DNA of 47,738 bases, the filler included, from Jimgerdemannia flammicorona (Eukaryota), in the NCBI GenBank assembly GCA_003990765.1. It is 2 parts of 2 records of this genome, joined end to end, with 100 filler letters (N's around TTAATTAATTAA, not from the genome) between each part and the next. Parts side by side here need not be neighbours in the genome. Positions count along the whole stretch, not along the records: positions 1 to 23,819 come from RBNJ01001058.1; positions 23,920 to 47,738 come from RBNJ01001059.1. One strand, given 5' to 3'. Made by a program: the position numbers and the translations under genes. Of the stretch, positions 12,418 through 23,921 are shown one piece after another (within the stretch, counting starts at the first letter, position 1; each line of letters opens with the position of its first letter). Below the pieces are notes generated by a model. It was not told the origin of the DNA and did not search any database. It saw only the letters and a list, made by a program, of their open reading frames with translations.

Positions 12418-12675
12418 GTCAATTTAGGCAAAACGTTCTCCAGAGGTGCAGGCAAATTTGTATATACCAATGTTCGTTAACACGTACCTTGGGGATTGTG
12501 AATGAATGAACGCTGTTAGGCGGAGAATCGCCAGTGCACGCGTACTTGAGACATTCAATAATCTGCAAGGTAAATAAATTGCCAGAGGAGAGCCAGAGTA
12601 AGATCGTGAGCGCCAAGATCAGCCTAACGCTTATACGCCTTTCCTAGAGCCCGCGATCAGGGTCAGTAGGCTGGT
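12418..12675 (-). pseudogene. RAD50: second RAD50 relic, segment B (inverted copy of ~3283-3540 plus LTLIAGS remnant)
   Basis: Reverse strand reads LLTLIAGS (PLTLIVG motif), intron, ag|IIECLKYACTGDSPPNS..|gtacgt, intron. Aligns to 3283-3540. Confidence 0.85.
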
Positions 12676-15225
12676 GTTTTTAGAGTACCTCTTGTACCAC
12701 AGCAACAACCAGCCTGTAGATAAACGACGAAAGCCAGCACCGCCCGTAATGAAGAAGCTGAGTATCATGACTATTCACCAGCAAGATCAACACCTTCACA
12801 ATAACAGTACTTGGCAGCCCAGCCATGACAGCACTCCCTAGAACGGCCACTCCGATCCAGGACCAGCTAATCCTTGGAACAGCTATAGCAATGCTTCAGG
12901 CGCATCTGCAGTAGTCGTTTTTCTAACATTGTGCAGAAGGATAAGCGGATACACGTACTTGTGGAAAAGAGCAGGCAAGAACGGAGGAGTGAGATAGCGA
13001 TGCAGATGGAGGAGAGCGAGATCAGCGGGAGGCGGTTGTTGTCGGGTCAACTCACAAGATGGAAGGTGCGGGTTAAAAAAGGACAGAAGGAGGGAGGGGC
13101 GATGCGATCCGACGTGGTTAAGGAGCAACCCCTGTGTCGTCGTCAGAGCAGCCGAAACCAACGCAGCAGAAGATCAGGGTGAGGATTGTGGCGCCCAAGA
13201 TTGCGAACCCCGCCGGCAAGTGGCCCTCAAGTAAATTCTGGCGTCCAGTGATGGTTATTATATATAATATATATATCTTTTATTCATACATATTAATACA
13301 TGCATCGCGCTACTTTGTGTAAGTAACTGCGCGGACGTGGTAGTTTGTATGGATTACCCTAGAAGAATCGAAATATAAAGTAACCTGTTACTACAAATTC
13401 CAGCTGGAGAGCCAACTATACATGAACCAATCTTACGCCTGAAACAAAAAACAATCATGACATACCTCTAGCACGATCACGTCGACAGTTTGACATGCGA
13501 TCGCCAGATCGTCGTCAACGCGGCGCAGATCGAGGCACGGACGACTAGCTGGTTTTCGTTCCACGCCTTTTGCGATTGTCTCGTCGAGTTGAATTCTGAC
13601 GCCTGTTTGAGATTAGTGGTGATGTGCAGCAGGACGACAGTTGAGAATTAAGTATAACATGGAAAATAGAACACCATCACCCACTCTCACTGTTATATCA
13701 TTTTCACAGCTGGGAACGAATTCGCCGCCAAATGATCTCTTTTCACTTTAACCTACCTGCCTGCGACATATTTCATCCTACCAGAAAGTCCATGTGATGA
13801 TCTGGATGTGTGTGCAAGTCCGACAGGGGCTTATCGGCTGACGAGCGTGTTCAAGGCCGGTCGCTCACGCTGGACGCGGGGCGGGGCATGCTGGAATGGT
13901 ATAAACGACGGTGGTGCTGCCTGAATCACCAGTGTTGCCGTACGACGATGGTAAAAGATCCGCGGCTGCACGGGAGATCGAGTTAGTCTTGCTTGTGTTG
14001 CACAGGACAGGTAGAAAGAAGCAGGGTAGGGACGAAGTAAACTAACCGCTCAGAATATTTCAATATGGTAGGCACCAGCGCCAGTTGCCGTGATAGGTGA
14101 AGACGCCACCGCCGGAAGGCCGCGCTCGCATATATGGAGACAATGGTTTCACAATTTTCATCAGAAGAAAAATTGTTAGTAAAATGCTAAATCAGTCGAA
14201 GTCAAATCATTTGTCCTTACAAGTGCGAAAGGTCGTGGAGTAACGAGGTCATAGAGTAACGGAGAAGGAAGGATAGCCAAGAAAAGAATACTTATTTTTT
14301 ATGATTAAGCACGTTTCACGCTTGTGCAGCGGCGGTGGCGGCACAAATGTTAGTGTATTTTATGAGCAGAAGAGAGGTTGAGGCCCAACCCCCGCAGGAG
14401 TTCGTCTGGCCTCCCGAAGGTTAAGTATGGCTTCTCGCGGCTTAGGTACCCCGGCTTTGCCAGTAGGTGCTGCGCAATTGCTTACATGGCTGGTAGTACG
14501 TGTGTAGTGCAGATTAAATAATTGACGAGACGCTGACCCGAGACGAAAACTCGAAGCCGCTGCATGACACACCCAGTGGTCGCCACCCGGATAATGCCGA
14601 GTCTCGAACGAATTAGGGGATTAGGGGATAACAGGGGATGGAATGATGGGTGATGGAAGTAGTGCGGTGATCCGTGATAATTATGATAAAAAAAAACATT
14701 TGCCACAGATGGTGACGTCATAAGGCAGTGACGTCCTGCCATTTGTAGTTTTTCTCGAGCCTACCCCAGTTCTCACTTTACATCAATCCCCACATACACA
14801 TCTTCCACCCCTATATAGACGAACAGATAGGCAAAGTACAATCCGCTCGTAACCCTCAAATTCGCCACCACTCGGGCGTCTCTGCACAACTTTGAACTCT
14901 TTATAACGATCACTTAAATACAAATGGAAAAAAATAAAAAAAGAAAAGCACGCGTGCCTGCCAATGACACTTGTCCGATGTTCCAACTAGAGCCAGAGTT
15001 CAACAAATTCAGTCTGTAATTCATCAATAAGCTAGACTTTTGATACATCAAACTAAGCTTACATTCTCTTACAATTTTATCCGACATTCTTACTGAGAGG
15101 TCATAAAACTCTACTTCAACTTTAGCTGGTGTGCTTGTTCCCCTTGAAGAGGTCTTCTGTGCTGGGCCTGTATTCTGTTGGAGTGAGCCGATAGCGATTT
15201 CACAGGATTACATTTGAATTGGTCG

Positions 15226-15238
15226 GTTTTCTTTTTTT

Positions 15239-15292
<54 letters not shown>
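15226..15292. repeat. poly(T) tract directly followed by poly(A) tract
   Basis: About 50 nt of near-pure T, then about 17 A. Confidence 0.9.
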
Positions 15293-16227
15293 GAATCGAG
15301 TTGTTTATTGTTCACTGCCTCCTTTCACAAAAGTTCTGGTTTAGATTAATGGAGACTTACACATTGACTATGCATCTCGGTAATGTGAGATTCGGCGCCC
15401 CCCATTCTGCCCCACTTCTCACAGGAAATCTCCGCTAACGAACAGCATTCAGAGATGGCCGTTGAGCCGAAAGGCCCACAGGCCACGAAGCTCCATCAGG
15501 GGTTTGAAAAATGACTTTCGAAAACCATTGAAATTATTAGGTGCTAATAAGAATTGTACTAGAACAGAGAACAGCACAATTCATCACTATTCCGGCTTTG
15601 AATATTTTTCGTACGACGAGTTTAAACACGCCTCTTTTCAGTTATAAGAAAATGGCCGAGTTCCTCTCTTGTCCACACCGTACCCCTTCTCCTTGATCTC
15701 ATCACAATGGCTTCGTCCTCATTGCATTTGCCCAGGTTTTGGTAAAACCCACCCTAATTGTTCAGAGTAGTTGCCATGCTCAGGTGCCCTGGTTCCAATA
15801 CCTTCTCAGAAATCGCCAAGCCCCGTTGATAGAGCTGTTTACTTGCCTTGTCCCAACAACCTCTCAAGATCATCGACCCCTGTCGATACAGCTGCGCCCC
15901 CGTCGTCGGACAGTCATCGATCACGAGCACTCAGTTTGATAGAAATTTATTTTATTCTTGCAGAAAATGCCACCATCTTTAAAATAATCAACGTGGCAGA
16001 TTTTAACAGTTCAAGTTTTATACAATCTGTTTCTGCACTTCCTGATTACGTGATATCTCAATTTATTGCGACGACTTGTAGTAATCTCTGCAGTATAAAC
16101 TTGCTAATAAATATCTTAACTCTATTGCAGAGTGGAAAAAATGGATATAAAATATGCTGCATGGCTTTTTAGCTTACATATTTCTTTTGTGGTAATTTAG
16201 AAATGTTTGTCAAATGCTCATAATTGC

Positions 16228-16770
16228 TTATACCCCCTCAATAGTTTCACCATTTCGGTCTTTTTGTCTTTCCTTGGCATTTATGTCGGCGCCCTTGCTA
16301 AGAAGCAGCTTTGCAATCTCAATCTGACCACGCGACGCAGCTTCGTGTGATGGCGTCCATTTATTGCTATTCACGTTGGCGCCCTTGTCAAGAAGAAGGC
16401 TTGCTATCTCAATCTGACCATAACGCGCAGCCTCCTGTAATGGCGTCCAACTCCAGAAGTTATTTTCGTTCACGTCGGCGCCTTTGTCAAGAAGCAGCTT
16501 TGCCATCTCAATGTGAACCATTCAACGTGGCCAGATTAAGTAGCGAACTAGGCGATATGTACATGTCAACCACGCTGGCACCATTGGCATGAAGCAACTT
16601 TGCAATCTCAATGTGACCATTCGACACAACATTACGTAATTAGTAGTGCCAATTTCAATTTTGTCATAGCGAGCATCTGTCAAGTGACCAATGCTGGCGG
16701 CCAGATGCAATGGCGTAATCCCATCATTGTCTTTGGCAATCACGTTGGCACCCTTGTCAAGAAGCAAGGC
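16228..16770 (-). pseudogene. ankyrin-repeat protein relic (about 5 repeats, frameshifted)
   Basis: LLLDKGANVIAKDNDGITPLHLAASIGH, HIEMAKLLLDKGADVNE..WTPLQEAARYGQIEIASLLLDKGANVN..WTPSHEAASRGQIEIAKLLLSKGADINAK. Repeats are split across frames with deletions. Confidence 0.85.
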
Positions 16771-18110
16771 TAACCTTGGTTTAAGCCGTTGAAGGTTTCT
16801 TGAACTTCGAACCAAAACCGTACTGAGACCACGATTTCAGACTTGGATCACCTGATCATTCATTAATGGTTTAAAATCAAAGGTGGGCGATCCAGAGGTC
16901 TGTGATTTTTTAAAAAAGGCCGTGTGGTTACTTTTTTTTTTGAGGGTTCAATGCACGCGAGCTCAGACGTCGGGTCTCCGTTTTAGGTTCTTAGCGAGGG
17001 CTGGTGCTGGAGTTGAAGTTTGGGACAAATTCGAGCGCTAACGAAGTTTTACCGATCCATGAATTGTGTTTGCTATTGCAACTTTTCATATTCACATTTT
17101 CGCTCAACAAAACCTTGAGTGAGAAAAACTTTCGTAAGAAAAATTTTCGTTCGTTTATTGTGCAATACTTGCATTATGCCACAATCACAGGAACATATTT
17201 TGAATGTAAAAATAATGAAACAAATAGACAAGACTAGCTAAAAAAAAAAAAAAAAAAAAAAAAAAAAGACAAGCAAAAAAAAAAAAAAAAAAAATTCTAC
17301 AAAGAGCCTTTACCGCCCGCCCCTATGTATATATATGCTTCCTTCTATGATCGTATTCTCTTGCCTTCCTCCGCCACCACTATCCCTATCTCTCGACACC
17401 TTCCTTTCCACCTCTCAAACTACACGACACAACGTGATCCTCTGCCCCATTCCCACTTACTACTCACTGACTCAGGTAAATCCATGGCTTTTTACATCTC
17501 CTCGTGCAATACATACCGCCAAATGCCAGAGCTGACATATTACCCCTATGCACATGCACAAACGAATCCTCACATGCAATGTGTGCTTGCACAACCTCAT
17601 TGACATGCCGCAGACACCGCAAAATAGAAAAGTAGAAATTGGATCAGTTATCGTCAAAGCGAACAAGGAAACATTGCAATATAAACACATGCATAAATCA
17701 TACCTGTTCTATCCCCTGTGGACGCTTGCCTAGTGAAATAATAGAGAGAAGAATCAGACATCTTTGGTGCAAAAGAAAAGAAAAAATGGCAAGATCATGA
17801 CAAAATACTCGCCTTTCATTAATCTGACCGTAGTTAGTTCGCGGTATATCAGTGAGATTGTGCAAGCAAAGACCAATGACATGAGCGGATTCGTGTGTGC
17901 ATAATACATAAGAGTAGATATTCAGCGCCGGCCTTGGGGAAGTAAAGTCGAGAAGACGGCCACGGTCACCTTTATCGTCAGTGTTAGTAGATAAGCGAGA
18001 GGTGGTGCATCGGGCGTAGCATCAATGCAGAGTGAGTAGGTGTTAGAAAAGGTACCTCAAGATAGAGGACTGTGAGTGAACAGAGTGGCAAAGAGAACTT
18101 GACCACAGAA

Positions 18111-18786
18111 TTAGGCATATACCACATATCCCCTCACATTGCACTCCCCCCACCCTCCCTCCCCTCCCCTACATCCAGCCCTACACCCAGGTACTCCTCC
18201 CGGACGGTCCTTTACCCGATGTAATCTGTGATGGTCCCGTACTTGATGGCATCCATGACGATACAGATGCGACCACAAATTCCGATTCGCAACCATATTC
18301 ACCCAGCCAAGGATCTCAGCGGCAGTTGGGTCAGCGCAAGCAATCCGCCAGGCTCCTCCACAGATGGCTAGATAGAACATCCGTCCGAACTTCGTGTGAA
18401 GAAGCCGGACGAACATCATCACGGTGCAATGCTCAAGCCACATTGCAAGCTCCTGGTGAAAATAGGTTTCAGATGTGTTAATACAAGTGGGGTTATGTAT
18501 AACATGTTTTTATGTAAGCAAAAAGAACCGTGCAACATACCAAATCTTCAAGCATCTGGCCACATTCTTCCAAGAGGAGTTCCCCTTGGCGTACTGCCAG
18601 CTCGATATCGGCTGTGCAGCAGCCAATTGGAGGCAACTCCTCAACGTACGAATCTATGGTCACCTCACTGACCAACGCCTTCTCCACCTCCGCAATCATG
18701 TTCGTCATCCTCAACAACAACCTTTCGTACACCTCGTCGTCCTCGAAATCGTCCTCGAAATTTTTGGTAAAGATGATGTTGGACAT
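18111..18786 (-). CDS. hypothetical protein, at least two exons (18786-18541, 18452-18111)
   Basis: ATG at 18786; a GTATGT donor and TTCACCAG acceptor join ..QMLEDL to ELAMWLEH.. in phase 0. No recognisable domain; the 3' end is uncertain. Confidence 0.45.
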
Positions 18787-18790
18787 ATTT

Positions 18791-18820
18791 GTGTGTATGT
18801 GTGTGTGTATGTGTGTGTGT

Positions 18821-18868
<48 letters not shown>

Positions 18869-18958
18869 ATATGTGTGTATGTGTGTGTATGTGAGTATGT
18901 GAGTATGTGAGTATGTGTGTATGTATGTGTGTATATATATGTGTGTGTGTGTGTGTGT
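18791..18958. repeat. compound (GT)n/(GTAT)n microsatellite
   Basis: About 170 bp of GT, GTAT and GAGTATGT units. Confidence 0.97.
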
Positions 18959-19285
18959 GGATATGAAATTTGCGATAATGCACAGCGGTGAACTGCGCAG
19001 GATTTTATAAAGGAGTGTCACCCTCTGTAAGGGACAGGGATCTACTGAAAATGGAGGGTCCTACCGAAGATGGTGAGCCTTATTGCCAATCAAGGGATCG
19101 GCTTCCCAGCAAACAAAGATTTCAGAAAAATTGATCTCGTGCTCGAATTTGGCCCATTCCACTAATTCGTTAAATGAAAAATAAAGTACATGACACGAGC
19201 TTTTAGAGGACATACAACTTCATGAATAATGGTTGAAAACTCGTAGAGAAATAATTAAGAGAAGTCTTCATTCTGTGAGTTTGAC

Positions 19286-19338
19286 GCAAGAACACCTTGC
19301 CTATAAAAAAAAAAAAAAAAGCAAGAACACCTTGCCTA
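19286..19338 (+). mobile_element. poly(A)-only retroposition footprint with 18-bp target-site duplication
   Basis: GCAAGAACACCTTGCCTA (19286-19303) + T + A16 + GCAAGAACACCTTGCCTA (19321-19338). Confidence 0.65.
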
Positions 19339-21038
19339 CATTGGTATTATCACAAGCAGCGTGTGTCGTACGACGATAATCGCCATCAGTGAACCCTTCC
19401 TCGTGGACCCTCCCTCCCCGTGGACCCCTCCCCTGCAGGTCTCAGACCCTTAAACTGCGAAGTACCAAACCTTGATCAGTCGTTGTCCGACTTGCATGAA
19501 ACCGGAAGCAGAACATGAATTTTTCAACAGTACATATAGCTGTCTTTACTTTTGACTGTACTTTCCAGGCAACTACTCCAGGCACAAAACACACATGGGG
19601 CAGCGGAAATAGAAAAAGTACGTTATGTGCGGCGCCGTAAAATTCTTTTCCATCGTAGCTCTACTAGTATTGGCCTGAGATGCATTCCGCATTAGTCGAT
19701 CAAAACAAACAAAATGAAATCTGCATGCCGAACATTGACTCAGAATGGACGATAAGAACCGAAAATCTCAACCACATGTTCTTACATAGGGATAGCTGAC
19801 AGAATCTAAATTCAGCGAAACTAGACCCAAGACCAAGAATAAAGAAAAGACTACAACTACGTTAGATCTTGCTACTACCTCGAATTCTTTGTCGACTATT
19901 CTTTGTTCATTTGATCATCTTTTGCACTGGCGCGCGGAATACTTGAATGAACCAGAACAAAAAAGCCCACAAAAAAAAAAAAAAAAAACCCCCCTTTGTA
20001 TTGCGGAATGTTACACCAAAAACGCCGTAATTGGTAGAGATCGAGAAGACGAAACGCGTAACTTTCGTCTTCTTTACCTCCCTTCCCAACTTTTTAAACA
20101 TGCTTCTAGTAACGAATTGATATTGAGACTTTGGCTTCGATCGATGGGCATTTAGAATCCCAATGCAGAGAGCGAGAAGAGACAGAGCTCTTTAACGTAG
20201 TCAACGTGGATCGTTCATTGATCAGAGAATTTCTATATTTGGGCATCTAAACAACGAGGGTTAAGGGCTGAATCTAGTTCTAAATCTACCACTGCTCGTA
20301 CATAGCAAAACAGTTCTTGCCGGTGCTCCTAACGAGTCGAGAGTCATGGGGTGTCTCATCCACATGCCAAACAATGTCAAACTCCCATGTCAAAATTCGG
20401 AGTACTAAAGTTCTTTCGGGCGACCCGGTGCATACCAATATCACCTGACGAGTTCGTTTTGATGCTTTAGTTCAACATTCTATGTGTTTAATATAATTGG
20501 GCATGTTTTGATATAATTATATGCGTGACTAAGAGCGAGAAGCTGGCGTTGGCAATTTCCTCACCAAACGACTTACAAAGCAATAAAATGAGGAAAAGAA
20601 AATGAAAATACAAAGTGAAATACTTCCAACATACGGGGCACTCATAATTAACTAGAGACTGGAACATCAAATCACACATTGATACCAAAAACCGTGCTTG
20701 CGAATTGGTGGCTGTCGTCACGTTCTCGTGTGTCGCTCCCCGCTTGCAAGGTAACCTTACACTCCTCATGGATAATTACTTAAGGCAAGGTTCTCTAAAT
20801 CTCCTTAAAACGCGGCACAATCTTGCACGCCGTCTGCATCATACATCTAGGCATTCGGATGGCCAGAACGGAGTCCCTCAAGATGCCCATCAAATACACT
20901 AGCATTATTATTTTATTAAAGGATGACGCAACGAGGCAACGGACAATACCGTCTCTGCTCGCTGTACTTGGCACTTTTCCAGTCAAGAATGAAATGCAGT
21001 TTGATATCCGTCCCACAGCTCAAAGCATTGAGCATACG

Positions 21039-21074
<36 letters not shown>

Positions 21075-21419
21075 TTGATTCAAGGCCGGCTAACGTTCTC
21101 GCCTAGAACGTGCACATGCATTTGACAGAAACCACGCACATTTGTGAGTTCAAGTTTTATGGGAAATGAAGGCAATATGGGTAGATAGGGTCGGTTGCGG
21201 GATAGCGAGAATTTCATTGTTTGAAACAGAAACAAAGCAAAGATATACCCAATTGTTACGACAAAAGGCCCCGTGGTACTGTTGGGCATCTTGAGTAGCG
21301 TCACGACACTAAAACCATGCAAAGCGTGGGATGGGTGTTTTAGATGCTGTAATATGGTTTCTATTCCCTTGGTATAACACACCAATGAGTTGGCGATCGC
21401 CATAATGTATTTTACTAAA

Positions 21420-21487
21420 TCGGTTCAGCTAGAGGAAGACTAGTGTTAGCAATCTTGAAGTCGCTAGTTCGAATCTGGCAAGCCGAA
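21420..21487 (+). pseudogene. tRNA pseudogene, tRNA-Tyr-like with intron remnant
   Basis: Intact T arm GCTAG-TTCGAAT-CTGGC, acceptor pairing TCGGTT/AGCCGA, GGAAGACT..AG-intron-ATCTT typical of eukaryotic tRNA-Tyr, and a downstream T-run terminator (21493-21497). The D arm and anticodon carry deletions. Confidence 0.6.
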
Positions 21488-22828
21488 CGACCTTTTTATT
21501 TTCTCCCCTCCTAGCATGTATGCTCCCGCCATCACGCAGTCGAACGCGATTGGTTGGAATGACCGAGACGCTAGTCACTCGTTTGGTCTCGAGGTATACG
21601 CGTGATTTATGCTTCCCCAGCTCGCCGATCACGTCCATGATCGACTTTCAAATCAATCGCGGGAGTTCTTGAACCCTGCAATGAATATCGGTTCATGTCT
21701 AAGGCAGTTTGACACAAAGTAATTCGTGTAGCGGATATGGCTCAATGGTATCATCAGCACATTTTCGTCCCGTAATCTTAGACCGCGGGAAAGGAATAAA
21801 GATAACGATAAAGGACGGTAACACTAAGACGGGTGGGGAGTGGGGGCGGAAGCAGGGGTGCGCCAATTTGGAAAAGAGTAGGTTATCTAAGCAATGACGA
21901 AGGATGACCATTACTTAGCGTGTCATGGGATATTTTGACCATCTGACCATTTGATCACCCATTGCCATTTTTTTTTTCAAACAAAGCAAAGTCATTCACG
22001 TTCGTTCGGATGCACGCGAATTCGTAGACCCATAATTTAATTTTAACCAAGTGTTCTCGGCCAGTTTTTGCAAATCCATTGCATCCATCCATTCACAGCT
22101 CAGCATTATCTAAGTGTGGAACGGCGGCTCTCGCACCTTTTGCAGCTTTTGTTTTATCGATCATTGGAAGAAATCGCCGACACCGGTGTATGAATATAAA
22201 TGGAGCTCTACGTGCAAGCTCTGGGGTAGTGCCGTAGAGGACTGTAGTACGCCTTACCTTCGAAACGGTTTGAGAAAGGACTCAATCCCATCATTGTGCT
22301 TTTATTCTCTCGCACCTTCCTTCTTTATTCCTTATCAATTGAATTCCTCAACAGTGGATATGGCCAGATGGTCATTCGAGCAATCAAGTTTTATTTTAAA
22401 TCGACGGTTTTGTGATGGCTATACCCAGGAATTTAAGTAAAGGCATTTATATATACAGTTTAGAAATCCCCATCCTCACATTGTATACGTAGCTCTATGG
22501 ATTATGTACTCGGGCGTTTCCAATTGTCCTGTTGCACACATCACTTATTTCTGCTTATGTGGCAGCTCTGCCTATTCGCCGACATGACTGAACAACTTTC
22601 TGGTTTTGTGTGGATAAGTGGTAGCATGCGTGCGTAGAGTAAACCTTGCAAACAGAATATCAAAAAGGGATGTCGCACATTCTCCCCCCCCCAAGCGAAA
22701 TATCCGACGGCGTGGTGTATGAATGGGTTGGATAACTCATATTAAAAGTCAGAGACTTGTGCTCCCCACAAGTTATACAAGTTATTCGTGACCACCGGAT
22801 TTGGGGAATCACCTGTCCCGGCATCCCG

Positions 22829-22974
22829 GCGGCTCGGATGGACGATCGACATGACCGTCACGCCACTTGACGTGGAATCGTGCATCGGCTCGGCTCGGAT
22901 GTGCGTCACGCCCACTTGACTTTCGGAATTGCCCCATCCCCTGGATGTGCGTCACGGAACTTGACGTTTCGGAA
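22829..22974. repeat. three spaced copies of a GGATG..CGTCACG..ACTTGAC..GGAA motif
   Basis: Copies at ~22829-22878, 22891-22930 and 22943-22974. Confidence 0.65.
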
Positions 22975-23511
22975 AGAACAATTTTGGATGTGTTTATGGC
23001 CGGCGTGTCCAAATCCAATTAGCTGACTCTCATTTCCGGAAATTTCTAGTCCCAAAACCAGAAACGTGCATAATTTAATCTCAATAAATGACGTTTCACA
23101 TCCTCAACGAAACTGTTCGTCATTTGTATCTCAGGCCAAGGCCGACCTGCGGTATCTGTTACCTGAGCCAGAGAGATGTGCCGCCGATCGGCTGAAACAA
23201 CCTTTAGTTAGGAATGAAGTCATATAGTGGATTTTAGGACAGCATCCTCAGTCCTAGTCTCAACCCTTTTCCTTGGCGGCTTTTCACCTGCTATCATGAA
23301 CCGTAATTTGCGTTCACCACATCTCTCTATTTGTGACTCAATTCCAACGAAAAACGTGAAGTAGTGACATATGACTGATAGTGATTATAAAAATGCCACT
23401 TTATTCCAATGTTGACAGCGCACGATAAATAAAAGTATCATTACCACCTTTATTCATCACGAAATTCATTACGAAAGAATTTTGGCATTCTCGCCTTATG
23501 TATGACATTCT

Positions 23512-23700
23512 AGGCATTCTGGGTGCATTCGTCTCCAGCAGCATTCGGAGTGGGCGCATCGTTTTCTACGGCACTATATGAATCAATACATTCAGGGTGT
23601 ATCTTCTTTTACAGAATTCGAAATTGACGCATTATGGGTACATCCTCTTCTACAGCATTCCGAACCCACATTCTGGATACATCTGCTTCTACAGCATTCT
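23512..23700. repeat. degenerate minisatellite (CATTCTGGGTACATC..CTTCTACAGCATTC core), ~4 copies
   Basis: Core recurs at ~23514, 23589, 23630 and 23669. Confidence 0.6.
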
Positions 23701-23819
23701 ATTTCGGATACATTCCAGATTGATTTATTTCGGATGGAGCTTGCAAATTGACGATTCCCTTATTCAGTATACATATGTCCAAGTATTACGTCGGATGCCA
23801 ATCGTTTCGGGTGGGTGGG

Positions 23820-23919
23820 NNNNNNNNNNNNNNNNNNNNNNNNNNNNNNNNNNNNNNNNNNNNTTAATTAATTAANNNNNNNNNNNNNNNNNNNNNNNNN
23901 NNNNNNNNNNNNNNNNNNN
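23820..23919. other. assembly gap with synthetic six-frame-stop linker
   Basis: 100-nt block of N containing TTAATTAATTAA (23864-23875), which has stop codons in all six frames. Confidence 0.95.
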
Positions 23920-23921
23920 CT

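Noticed and set aside
12700..13560. Minus-strand hydrophobic peptide fragments suggesting a membrane-protein relic
   Set aside because: No family could be recognised and no consistent exon chain could be built.
15100..15760. Possible Sel1-like (GYGVDK) and kinase-tail (RPS) fragments on the minus strand
   Set aside because: Matches of only a few residues; not supportable without a search.
18475..19021. ORFs rich in CV or HT dipeptides
   Set aside because: Translations of the (GT)n microsatellite.
20200..21403. Coding-like minus-strand fragments
   Set aside because: Possibly another gene relic, but no motif identified.
23864..23875. Palindromic TTAATTAATTAA inside the N run
   Set aside because: Synthetic six-frame-stop scaffold linker, not biological.
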